Below are positions 13,101-28,100 of a stretch of 64,000 nt of DNA, one piece after another. The DNA is from Nemertoderma westbladi (taxonomy: Eukaryota; Animalia; Xenacoelomorpha). The stretch lies in the NCBI GenBank assembly GCA_032718475.1, contig JAUCBJ010003901.1, positions 1 through 64,000 of the forward strand, read 5' to 3'. Below the pieces are notes generated by a model. It had not been told where the DNA came from. It saw only the letters and a list, made by a program, of their open reading frames with translations, and ran no database searches. The first letter of the stretch is position 1. Each line of letters begins with the position of its first letter. Position numbers and translations under genes: made by a program.

Positions 13101-16100
13101 CCCTACTGTTTATCTGATATACTGTTTGTTATACAAATATCGGATATCGGTAGGCCCTACTGTTTATCTGATATACTGTTTGTTATACAAATATCGGATA
13201 TCGGTAGGCCCTACTGTTTATCTGATATACTGTTTGTTATACAAATATCGGATATCGGTAGGCCCTACTGTTTATCTGATATACTGTTTGTTATACAAAT
13301 ATCGGATATAGGTAGGCCCTACTGTTTATCTGATATACTGTATATCTGATATACTGTTTGTTATACAAATATCGGATATCGGTAGGCCCTGCTGTTTATC
13401 TGATATACTGTTTGTTATACAAATATCGGATATCGGTAGGCCCTACTGTTTATCTGATATACTGTTTGTTATACAAATATCGGATATAGGTAGGCCCTAC
13501 TATTTATCTGATATACTGTATATCTGATATAGTGTTTGTTATACAAATATCGGATATAGGTAGGCCCTACTGTTTATCTGATATACTGTTTGTTATACAA
13601 ATATCGGATATCGGTAGCTACTGTTTATCTGATATTCTGTTTGTTATACAAATATCGGATATCGGTAGGTCCTACTGTTTATCTGATATACTGTTTATCT
13701 GATATACTGTTTGTTATACAAATATCGGATAGGTAGGCCCTACTGTTTATCTGATATACTGTTTGTTATACAAATATCGGATATAGGTAGGCCCTACTGT
13801 TTATCAGATATACTGTTTGTTATACAAATATCGGATATAGGAAGGCCCTACTGTTTATCTGATATACTGTTTGTTATACAAATATCGGATATCGGTAGGT
13901 CCTACTGTTTATCTGATATACTGTTTGTTATACAAATATCGGATATCGGTAGGCCTTACTGTTTATCTGATATACTGTTTATCTGATATACTGTTTGTTA
14001 TACAAATATCGGATATAGGTAGGCCCTACTGTTTATCTGATATATTGTTTGTTATAAAAATATCGGATATCGGTAGGCCCTACTGTTTATCTGATATACT
14101 GTTTATCTGATATACTGTTTGTTATACAAATATCGGATATAGGTAGGCCCTATTGTTTATCTGATATACTGTTTGTTATACAAATATCGGATATCGGTAG
14201 CTACTGTTTATCTGATATGCTGTTTGTTATACAAATATCGGATATCGGTAGGCCCTACTGTTTATCTGATATACTGTTTGTTATACAAATATCGGATATC
14301 GGTAGGCCCTACTGTTTATCTGATATACTGTTTATCTGATATACTGTTTGTTATACAAATATCGGTAGGCCCTACTGTCTATCTGATATACTGTTTATAT
14401 GATATACTGTTTGTTATACAAATATCGGATAGGTAGGCCCTACTGTTTATCTGATATTTTGTTTGTTATACAAATATCGGATATAGGTAGGCCCTAATGT
14501 TTATCTGATATACTGTTTATCTGATATACTGTTTGTTATACAAATATCGGATATCGGTAGGCCATACTGTTTATCTGATATACTGTTTGTTATACAAATA
14601 TCGGATATAGGTAGGCCCTAATGTTTATCTGATATACTGTTTGTTATACAAATATCGGATATCGGTAGGCCCTACTGTTTATCTGATATACTGTTTGTTA
14701 TACAAATATCGGATATCGGTAGGCCCTACTGTTTATCTGATATACTGTTTGTTATACAAATATCGGATATAGGTAGGCCCTACTGTTTATCTGATATACT
14801 GTTTGTTATACAAATATCGGATATCGGTAGGCCCTACTGTTTATCTGATATACTGTTTGTTATACAAATATCGGATATCGGTAGGCCCTACTGTTTATCT
14901 GATATACTGTTTGTTATACAAATATCGGATATCGGTAGGCCCTACTGTTTATCTGATATACTGTTTGTTATACAAATATCGGATATCGGTAGGCCCTACT
15001 GTTTATCTGATATACTGTTTGTTATACAAATATCGGATATCGGTAGGCCCTACTCTTTATCTGATATACTGTTTGTTATACAAATATCGGATATCGGTAG
15101 GCCCTACTGTTTATCTGATATACTGTTTGTTATACAAATATCGGATATCGGTAGGCCTTACTGTTTATCTGATATACTGTTTGTTATACAAATATCGGAT
15201 ATAGGTAGGCCCTACTGTTTATCTGATATACTGTTTATCTGATATACTGTTTGTTATACAAATATCGGATATCGGTAGGCCCTACTGTTTATCTGATATA
15301 CTGTTTGTTATACAAATATCGGATATAAGTAGACCCTATTGTTTATCTGATATACTGTTTGTTATACAAATATCTGATATCGGTAGGCCCTACTGTTTAT
15401 CTGATATACTGTTTGTTATACAAATATCGGATATAGGTAGGCCCTACTGTTTATCTGATATACTGTTTGTTATACAAATATCGGATATAGGTAGGCCCTA
15501 CTGTTTGTCTGATATACTGTTTGTTATACAAATATCGGATATCGGTAGGCCCTACTGTTTATCTGATATACTGTTTGTTATACAAATATCGGATATAGGT
15601 AGGCCCTACTGTTTATCTGATATACTGTTTGTTATACAAATATCGGATATAGGTAGGTCCTACTGTTTATCAGATATACTGTTTGTTATACAAATATCGG
15701 ATATCGGTAGGCCTTACTGTTTATCTGATATACTGTTTATCTGATATACTGTTTGTTATACAAATATCGGATATAGGTAGGCCCTACTGTTTATCTGATA
15801 TACTGTTTGTTATACAAATATCGGATATCGGTAGGCCCTACTGTTTATCTGATATACTGTTTATCTGATATACTGTTTGTTATACAAATATCGGATATAG
15901 GTAGGCCCTACTGTTTATCTGATATACTGTTTGTTATACAAATATCGGATATCGGTAGCTACTGTTTATCTGATATACTGTTTGTTATACAAATATCGGA
16001 TATCGGTAGGCCCTACTGTTTATCTGATATACTGTTTATCTGATATACTGTTTGTTAAACAAATATCGGTAGGCCCTACTGTCTCTCTGATATACTGTTT

Positions 16101-19100
16101 ATATGATATACTGTTTGTTATACAAATATCGGATAGGTAGGCCCTACTGTTTATCTGATATTTTGTTTGTTATACAAATATCGGATATAGGTAGGCCCTA
16201 ATGTTTATCTGATATACTGTTTATCTGATATACTGTTTGTTATACAAATATCGGATATCGGTAGGCCCTACTGTTTATCTGATATACTGTTTGTTATACA
16301 AATATCGGATATAGGTAGGCCCTAATGTTTATCTGATATACTGTTTATCTGATATACTGTTTGTTATACAAATATCGGATATCGGTAGGCCCTACTGTTT
16401 ATCTGATATACTGTTTGTTATACAAATATCGGATATCGGTAGGCCCTACTGTTTATCTGATATACTGTTTGTTATACAAATATCGGATATAGGTAGGCCC
16501 TACTGTTTATCTGATATACTGTTTGTTATACAAATATCGGATATCGGTAGGCCCTACTGTTTATCTGATATACTGTTTGTTATACAAATATCGGATATCG
16601 GTAGGCCCTACTGTTTATCTGATATACTGTTTGTTATACAAATATCGGATATCGGTAGGCCCTACTGTTTATCTGATATACTGTTTGTTATACAAATATC
16701 GGATATCGGTAGGCCCTACTGTTTATCTGATATACTGTTTGTTATACAAATATCGGATATCGGTAGGCCCTACTGTTTATCTGATATACTGTTTGTTATA
16801 CAAATATCGGATATAGGTAGGCCCTACTGTTTATCTGATATACTGTATATCTGATATACTGTTTGTTATACAAATATCGGATATCGGTAGGCCCTGCTGT
16901 TTATCTGATATACTGTTTGTTATACAAATATCGGATATCGGTAGGCCCTACTGTTTATCTGATATACTGTTTGTTATACAAATATCGGATATAGGTAGGC
17001 CCTACTATTTATCTGATATACTGTATATCTGATATAGTGTTTGTTATACAAATATCGGATATAGGTAGGCCCTACTGTTTATCTGATATACTGTTTGTTA
17101 TACAAATATCGGATATCGGTAGCTACTGTTTATCTGATATTCTGTTTGTTATACAAATATCGGATATCGGTAGGTCCTACTGTTTATCTGATATACTGTT
17201 TATCTGATATACTGTTTGTTATACAAATATCGGATAGGTAGGCCCTACTGTTTATCTGATATACTGTTTGTTATACAAATATCGGATATAGGTAGGCCCT
17301 ACTGTTTATCAGATATACTGTTTGTTATACAAATATCGGATATAGGAAGGCCCTACTGTTTATCTGATATACTGTTTGTTATACAAATATCGGATATCGG
17401 TAGGTCCTACTGTTTATCTGATATACTGTTTGTTATACAAATATCGGATATCGGTAGGCCTTACTGTTTATCTGATATACTGTTTATCTGATATACTGTT
17501 TGTTATACAAATATCGGATATAGGTAGGCCCTACTGTTTATCTGATATATTGTTTGTTATAAAAATATCGGATATCGGTAGGCCCTACTGTTTATCTGAT
17601 ATACTGTTTATCTGATATACTGTTTGTTATACAAATATCGGATATAGGTAGGCCCTATTGTTTATCTGATATACTGTTTGTTATACAAATATCGGATATC
17701 GGTAGCTACTGTTTATCTGATATGCTGTTTGTTATACAAATATCGGATATCGGTAGGCCCTACTGTTTATCTGATATACTGTTTGTTATACAAATATCGG
17801 ATATCGGTAGGCCCTACTGTTTATCTGATATACTGTTTATCTGATATACTGTTTGTTATACAAATATCGGTAGGCCCTACTGTCTATCTGATATACTGTT
17901 TATATGATATACTGTTTGTTATACAAATATCGGATAGGTAGGCCCTACTGTTTATCTGATATTTTGTTTGTTATACAAATATCGGATATAGGTAGGCCCT
18001 AATGTTTATCTGATATACTGTTTATCTGATATACTGTTTGTTATACAAATATCGGATATCGGTAGGCCATACTGTTTATCTGATATACTGTTTGTTATAC
18101 AAATATCGGATATAGGTAGGCCCTAATGTTTATCTGATATACTGTTTGTTATACAAATATCGGATATCGGTAGGCCCTACTGTTTATCTGATATACTGTT
18201 TGTTATACAAATATCGGATATCGGTAGGCCCTACTGTTTATCTGATATACTGTTTGTTATACAAATATCGGATATAGGTAGGCCCTACTGTTTATCTGAT
18301 ATACTGTTTGTTATACAAATATCGGATATCGGTAGGCCCTACTGTTTATCTGATATACTGTTTGTTATACAAATATCGGATATCGGTAGGCCCTACTGTT
18401 TATCTGATATACTGTTTGTTATACAAATATCGGATATCGGTAGGCCCTACTGTTTATCTGATATACTGTTTGTTATACAAATATCGGATATCGGTAGGCC
18501 CTACTGTTTATCTGATATACTGTTTGTTATACAAATATCGGATATCGGTAGGCCCTACTCTTTATCTGATATACTGTTTGTTATACAAATATCGGATATC
18601 GGTAGGCCCTACTGTTTATCTGATATACTGTTTGTTATACAAATATCGGATATCGGTAGGCCTTACTGTTTATCTGATATACTGTTTGTTATACAAATAT
18701 CGGATATAGGTAGGCCCTACTGTTTATCTGATATACTGTTTATCTGATATACTGTTTGTTATACAAATATCGGATATCGGTAGGCCCTACTGTTTATCTG
18801 ATATACTGTTTGTTATACAAATATCGGATATAAGTAGACCCTATTGTTTATCTGATATACTGTTTGTTATACAAATATCTGATATCGGTAGGCCCTACTG
18901 TTTATCTGATATACTGTTTGTTATACAAATATCGGATATAGGTAGGCCCTACTGTTTATCTGATATACTGTTTGTTATACAAATATCGGATATAGGTAGG
19001 CCCTACTGTTTGTCTGATATACTGTTTGTTATACAAATATCGGATATCGGTAGGCCCTACTGTTTATCTGATATACTGTTTGTTATACAAATATCGGATA

Positions 19101-22100
19101 TAGGTAGGCCCTACTGTTTATCTGATATACTGTTTGTTATACAAATATCGGATATCGGTAGGCCCTACTGTTTATCTGATATACTGTTTGTTATACAAAT
19201 ATCGGATATCGGTAGGCCTTACTGTTTATCTGATATACTGTTTGTTATACAAATATCGGATATAGGTAGGCCCTACTGTTTATCTGATATACTGTTTGTT
19301 ATACAAATATCGGATATCGGTAGGCCCTACTGTTTGTCTGATATACTGTTTGTTATACAAATATCGGATATCGGTAGGCCCTACTGTTTATCTGATATAC
19401 TGTTTGTTATACAAATATCGGATATAGGTAGGCCCTACTGTTTATCTGATATACTGTTTGTTATACAAATATCGGATATAGGTAGGCCCTACTGTTTATC
19501 TGATATACTGTTTGTTATACAAATATCGGATATCGGTTGGCCCTACTGTTTATCTGATATACTGTTTGTTATACAAATATCGGATATCGGTAGGCCCTAC
19601 TGTTTATCTGATATACTGTTTGTTATACAAATATCGGATATAGGTAGGCCCTACTGTTTATCTGATATACTGTATATCTGATATACTGTTTGTTATACAA
19701 ATATCGGATATCGGTAGGCCCTACTGTTTATCTGATATACTGTTTGTTAAACAAATATCGGATATCGGTAGGCCCTACTGTTTATCTGATATACTGTTTG
19801 TTATACAAATATCGGATATAGGTAGGCCCTACTGTTTATCTGATATACTGTATATCTGATATACTGTTTGTTATACAAATATCGGATATAGGTAGGCCCT
19901 ACTGTTTATCTGTTATACTGTTTGTTATACAAATATCGGATATCGGTAGGCCCTACTGCTTATCTGATATACTGTTTGTTATACAAATATCGGATATCGG
20001 TAGGCCCTACTGTTTATCTGATATACTGTTTGTTATACAAATATCGGATATCGGTAGGCCCTACTGTTTATCTGATATACCGTTTGTTATACAAATATCG
20101 GATATCGGTAGGCCCTACTGTTTATCTGATATACTGTTTGTTATACAAATATCGGATATCGGTAGGCCCTACAGTTTATCTGATATACTGTTTGTTATAC
20201 AAATATCGGATATCGGTAGGCCCTACAGTTTATCTGATATACTGTTTGTTATACAAATATCGGATATCGGTAGGCCCTACTGTTTATCTGATATACTGTT
20301 TGTTATACAAATATCGGATATCGGTAGGTCCTACTGTTTATCTGATATACTGTTTGTTATACAAATATCGGATATCGGTAGGCCCTACTGTTTATCTGAT
20401 ATACTGTTTGTTATACAAATATCGGATATCGGTAGGCCTTACTGTTTATCTGATATACTGTTTGTTATACAAATATCGGATATCGGTAGGTCCTACTGTT
20501 TATCTGATATACTGTTTGTTATACAAATATCGGATATCGGTAGGCCCTACTGTTTATCTGATATACTGTTTGTTATACAAATATCGGATATCGGTAGGCC
20601 TTACTGTTTATCTGATATACTGTTTGTTATACAAATATCGGATATCGGTAGGCCCTACTGTTTATCTGATATACTGTTTGTTATACAAATATCGGATATA
20701 GGTAGGCCCTACTGTTTATCTGATATACTGTTTGTTATACAAATATCGGATATCGGTAGGCCCTACTGTTTATCTGATATACTGTTTGTTATACAAATAT
20801 CGGATATCGGTAGGCCCTACTGTTTATCTGATATACTGTTTGTTATACAAATATCGGATATCGGTAGGCCCTACTGTTTATCTGATATACTGTTTGTTAT
20901 ACAAATATCGGATATCGGTAGGCCCTACTGTTTATCTGATATACTGTTTGTTATACAAATATCGGATATCGGTAGGCCCTACTCTTTATCTGATATACTG
21001 TTTGTTATACAAATATCGGATATCGGTAGGCCCTACTGTTTATCTGATATACTGTTTGTTATACAAATATCGGATATCGGTAGGCCTTACTGTTTATCTG
21101 ATATACTGTTTGTTATACAAATATCGGATATAGGTAGGCCCTACTGTTTATCTGATATACTGTTTATCTGATATACTGTTTGTTATACAAATATCGGATA
21201 TCGGTAGGCCCTACTGTTTATCTGATATACTGTTTGTTATACAAATATCGGATATAAGTAGACCCTATTGTTTATCTGATATACTGTTTGTTATACAAAT
21301 ATCTGATATCGGTAGGCCCTACTGTTTATCTGATATACTGTTTGTTATACAAATATCGGATATAGGTAGGCCCTACTGTTTATCTGATATACTGTTTGTT
21401 ATACAAATATCGGATATAGGTAGGCCCTACTGTTTGTCTGATATACTGTTTGTTATACAAATATCGGATATCGGTAGGCCCTACTGTTTATCTGATATAC
21501 TGTTTGTTATACAAATATCGGATATAGGTAGGCCCTACTGTTTATCTGATATACTGTTTGTTATACAAATATCGGATATCGGTAGGCCCTACTGTTTATC
21601 TGATATACTGTTTGTTATACAAATATCGGATATCGGTAGGCCTTACTGTTTATCTGATATACTGTTTGTTATACAAATATCGGATATAGGTAGGCCCTAC
21701 TGTTTATCTGATATACTGTTTGTTATACAAATATCGGATATCGGTAGGCCCTACTGTTTGTCTGATATACTGTTTGTTATACAAATATCGGATATCGGTA
21801 GGCCCTACTGTTTATCTGATATACTGTTTGTTATACAAATATCGGATATAGGTAGGCCCTACTGTTTATCTGATATACTGTTTGTTATACAAATATCGGA
21901 TATAGGTAGGCCCTACTGTTTATCTGATATACTGTTTGTTATACAAATATCGGATATCGGTTGGCCCTACTGTTTATCTGATATACTGTTTGTTATACAA
22001 ATATCGGATATCGGTAGGCCCTACTGTTTATCTGATATACTGTTTGTTATACAAATATCGGATATAGGTAGGCCCTACTGTTTATCTGATATACTGTATA

Positions 22101-25100
22101 TCTGATATACTGTTTGTTATACAAATATCGGATATCGGTAGGCCCTACTGTTTATCTGATATACTGTTTGTTAAACAAATATCGGATATCGGTAGGCCCT
22201 ACTGTTTATCTGATATACTGTTTGTTATACAAATATCGGATATAGGTAGGCCCTACTGTTTATCTGATATACTGTATATCTGATATACTGTTTGTTATAC
22301 AAATATCGGATATAGGTAGGCCCTACTGTTTATCTGTTATACTGTTTGTTATACAAATATCGGATATCGGTAGGCCCTACTGCTTATCTGATATACTGTT
22401 TGTTATACAAATATCGGATATCGGTAGGCCCTACTGTTTATCTGATATACTGTTTGTTATACAAATATCGGATATCGGTAGGCCCTACTGTTTATCTGAT
22501 ATACCGTTTGTTATACAAATATCGGATATCGGTAGGCCCTACTGTTTATCTGATATACTGTTTGTTATACAAATATCGGATATCGGTAGGCCCTACAGTT
22601 TATCTGATATACTGTTTGTTATACAAATATCGGATATCGGTAGGCCCTACAGTTTATCTGATATACTGTTTGTTATACAAATATCGGATATCGGTAGGCC
22701 CTACTGTTTATCTGATATACTGTTTGTTATACAAATATCGGATATCGGTAGGTCCTACTGTTTATCTGATATACTGTTTGTTATACAAATATCGGATATC
22801 GGTAGGCCCTACTGTTTATCTGATATACTGTTTGTTATACAAATATCGGATATCGGTAGGCCTTACTGTTTATCTGATATACTGTTTGTTATACAAATAT
22901 CGGATATCGGTAGGTCCTACTGTTTATCTGATATACTGTTTGTTATACAAATATCGGATATAGGTAGGCCCTACTGTTTATCTGATATACTGTTTATCTG
23001 ATATACTGTTTGTTATACAAATATCGGATATCGGTAGGCCCTACTGTTTATCTGATATACTGTTTGTTATACAAATATCGGATATAAGTAGGCCCTATTG
23101 TTTATCTGATATACTGTTTATCTGATATACTGTTTGTTATACAAATATCGGATATCGGTAGGCCCTACTGTTTATCTGATATACTGTTTGTTATACAAAT
23201 ATCGGATATCGGTAGGCCTTACTGTTTATCTGATATACTGTTTGTTATACAAATATCGGATATAGGTAGGCCCTACTGTTTAATACTGTTTGTTATACAA
23301 ATATCGGATATCGGTAGGCCCTACTGTTTATCGATATACTGTTTGTTATACAAATATCGGATATCGGTAGGCCCTACTGTTTGTCTGATATACTGTTTGT
23401 TATACAAATATCGGATATCGGTAGGCCCTACTGTTTATCTGATATACTGTTTGTTATACAAATATCGGATATCGGTAGGCCTTACTGTTTATCTGATATA
23501 CTGTTTGTTATACAAATATCGGATATAGGTAGGCCCTACTGTTTAATACTGTTTGTTATACAAATATCGGATATCGGTAGGCCCTACTGTTTATCGATAT
23601 ACTGTTTGTTATACAAATATCGGATATCGGTAGGCCCTACTGTTTGTCTGATATACTGTTTGTTATACAAATATCGGATATCGGTAGGCCCTACTGTTTA
23701 TCTGATATACTGTTTGTTATACAAATATCGGATATAAGTAGGCCCTATTGTTTATCTGATATACTGTTTGTTATACAAATATCGGATATCGGTAGGCCCT
23801 ACTGTTTATCTGATATACTGTTTGTTATACAAATATCGGATATCGGTAGGCCCTACTGTTTATCTGATATACTGTTTGTTATACAAATATCGGATATAGG
23901 TAGGCCCTACTGTTTATCTGATATACTGTTTGTTATACAAATATCGGATATCGGTAGGCCCTACTGTTTATCTGATATACTGTTTGTTATACAAATATCG
24001 GATATCGGTAGGCCCTACTGTTTATCTGATATACTGTTTGTTATACAAATATCGGATATCGGTAGGCCCTACTGTTTATCTGATATACTGTTTGTTATAC
24101 AAATATCGGATATCGGTAGGCCCTACTGTTTATCTGATATACTGTTTGTTATACAAATATCGGATATCGGTAGGCCCTACTGTTTATCTGATATACTGTT
24201 TGTTATACAAATATCGGATATAGGTAGGCCCTACTGTTTATCTGATATACTGTATATCTGATATACTGTTTGTTATACAAATATCGGATATCGGTAGGCC
24301 CTGCTGTTTATCTGATATACTGTTTGTTATACAAATATCGGATATCGGTAGGCCCTACTGTTTATCTGATATACTGTTTGTTATACAAATATCGGATATA
24401 GGTAGGCCCTACTATTTATCTGATATACTGTATATCTGATATAGTGTTTGTTATACAAATATCGGATATAGGTAGGCCCTACTGTTTATCTGATATACTG
24501 TTTGTTATATAAATATCGGATATCGGTAGGCCCTACTGTTTATCTGATATTCTGTTTGTTATACAAATATCGGATATCGGTAGGTCCTACTGTTTATCTG
24601 ATATACTGTTTATCTGATATACTGTTTGTTATACAAATATCGGATAGGTAGGCCCTACTGTTTATCTGATATACTGTTTGTTATACAAATATCGGATAGG
24701 TAGGCCCTACTGTTTATCTGATATACTGTTTGTTATACAAATATCGGATAGGTAGGCCCTACTGTTTATCTGATATACTGTTTGTTATACAAATATCGGA
24801 TAGGTAGGCCCTACTGTTTATCTGATATACTGTTTGTTATACAAATATCGGATAGGTAGGCCCTACTGTTTATCTGATATACTGTTTGTTATACAAATAT
24901 CGGATATCGGTAGGTCCTACTGTTTATCTGATATACTGTTTATCTGATATACTGTTTGTTATACAAATATCGGATATCGGTAGGCCTTACTGTTTATCTG
25001 ATATACTGTTTGTTATACAAATATCGGATATAGGTAGGCCCTACTGTTTATCAGATATACTGTTTGTTATAGAAATATCGGATATAGGATGGCCCTACTG

Positions 25101-28100
25101 TTTATCTGATATACTGTTTGTTATACAAATATCGGATATCGGTAGGTCCTACTGTTTATCTGATATACTGTTTGTTATACAAATATCGGATATCGGTAGG
25201 CCTTACTGTTTATCTGATATACTGTTTATCTGATATACTGTTTGTTATACAAATATCGGATATAGGTAGGCCCTACTGTTTATCTGATATATTGTTTGTT
25301 ATAAAAATATCGGATATCGGTAGGCCCTACTGTTTATCTGATATACTGTTTATCTGATATACTGTTTGTTATACAAATATCGGATATAGGTAGGCCCTAT
25401 TGTTTATCTGATATACTGTTTGTTATACAAATATCGGATATCGGTAGCTACTGTTTATCTGATATGCTGTTTGTTATACAAATATCGGATATCGGTAGGC
25501 CCTACTGTTTATCTGATATACTGTTTGTTATACAAATATCGGATATCGGTAGGCCCTACTGTTTATCTGATATACTGTTTATCTGATATACTGTTTGTTA
25601 TACAAATATCGGTAGGCCCTACTGTCTATCTGATATACTGTTTATATGATATACTGTTTGTTATACAAATATCGGATAGGTAGGCCCTACTGTTTATCTG
25701 ATATTTTGTTTGTTATACAAATATCGGATATAGGTAGGCCCTAATGTTTATCTGATATACTGTTTATCTGATATACTGTTTGTTATACAAATATCGGATA
25801 TCGGTAGGCCATACTGTTTATCTGATATACTGTTTGTTATACAAATATCGGATATAGGTAGGCCCTAATGTTTATCTGATATACTGTTTGTTATACAAAT
25901 ATCGGATATCGGTAGGCCCTACTGTTTATCTGATATACTGTTTGTTATACAAATATCGGATATCGGTAGGCCCTACTGTTTATCTGATATACTGTTTGTT
26001 ATACAAATATCGGATATAGGTAGGCCCTACTGTTTATCTGATATACTGTTTGTTATACAAATATCGGATATCGGTAGGCCCTACTGTTTATCTGATATAC
26101 TGTTTGTTATACAAATATCGGATATCGGTAGGCCCTACTGTTTATCTGATATACTGTTTGTTATACAAATATCGGATATCGGTAGGCCCTACTGTTTATC
26201 TGATATACTGTTTGTTATACAAATATCGGATATCGGTAGGCCCTACTGTTTATCTGATATACTGTTTGTTATACAAATATCGGATATCGGTAGGCCCTAC
26301 TCTTTATCTGATATACTGTTTGTTATACAAATATCGGATATCGGTAGGCCCTACTGTTTATCTGATATACTGTTTGTTATACAAATATCGGATATCGGTA
26401 GGCCCTACTGTTTATCTGATATACTGTTTGTTATACAAATATCGGATATCGGTAGGCCCTACTGTTTATCTGATATACTGTTTGTTATACAAATATCGGA
26501 TATCGGTAGGCCCTACTGTTTATCTGATATACTGTTTGTTATACAAATATCGGATATCGGTAGGCCCTACTCTTTATCTGATATACTGTTTGTTATACAA
26601 ATATCGGATATCGGTAGGCCCTACTGTTTATCTGATATACTGTTTGTTATACAAATATCGGATATAGTTAGGCCCTACTGTTTATCTGATATACTGTTTG
26701 TTATACAAATATCGGATATAGGTAGGCCCTACTGTTTATCTGATATACTGTTTGTTATACAAATATCGGATATCGGTAGGCCCTACTGTTTATCTGATAT
26801 ACTGTTTGTTATACAAATATCGGATATCGGTAGGCCCTACTGTTTATCTGATATACTGTTTGTTATACAAATATCGGATATCGGTAGGCCCTACTCTTTA
26901 TCTGATATACTGTTTGTTATACAAATATCGGATATCGGTAGGCCCTACTGTTTATCTGATATACTGTTTGTTATACAAATATCGGATATCGGTAGGCCTT
27001 ACTGTTTATCTGATATACTGTTTGTTATACAAATATCGGATATAGGTAGGCCCTACTGTTTATCTGATATACTGTTTATCTGATATACTGTTTGTTATAC
27101 AAATATCGGATATAGTTAGGCCCTACTGTTTATCTGATATACTGTTTGTTATACAAATATCGGATATAAGTAGACCCTACTGTTTATCTGATATACTGTT
27201 TGTTATACAAATATCGGATATCGGTAGGCCTTACTGTTTGTCTGATATACTGTTTGTTATACAAATATCGGATATAGGTAGGCCCTACTGTTTATCTGAT
27301 ATACTGTTTGTTATACAAATATCGGATATAGGTAGGCCCTACTGTTTGTCTGATATACTGTTTGTTATACAAATATCGGATATCGGTAGGCCCTACTGTT
27401 TATCTGATATACTGTTTGTTATACAAATATCGGATATAGGTAGGCCCTACTGTTTATCTGATATACTGTTTGTTATACAAATATCGGATATCGGTAGGCC
27501 CTACTGTTTATCTGATATACTGTTTGTTATACAAATATCGGATATCGGTAGGCCTTACTGTTTATCTGATATACTGTTTGTTATACAAATATCGGATATA
27601 GGTAGGCCCTATTGTTTATCTGATATACTGTTTGTTATACAAATATCGGATATCGGTAGGCCCTACTGTTTGTCTGATATACTGTTTGTTATACAAATAT
27701 CGGATATCGGTAGGCCCTACTGTTTATCTGATATACTGTTTGTTATACAAATATCGGATATAGGTAGGCCCTACTGTTTATCTGATATACTGTTTGTTAT
27801 ACAAATATCGGATATCGGTTGGCCCTACTGTTTATCTGATATACTGTTTGTTATACAAAAATCGGATATCGGTAGGCCCTACTGTTTATCTGATATACTG
27901 TTTGTTATACAAATATCGGATATAGGTAGGCCCTACTGTTTATCTGATATACTGTATATCTGATATACTGTTTGTTATACAAATATCGGATATCGGTAGG
28001 CCCTACTGTTTATCTGATATACTGTTTGTTATACAAATATCGGATATCGGTAGGCCCTACTGTTTATCTGATATACTGTTTGTTATACAAATATCGGATA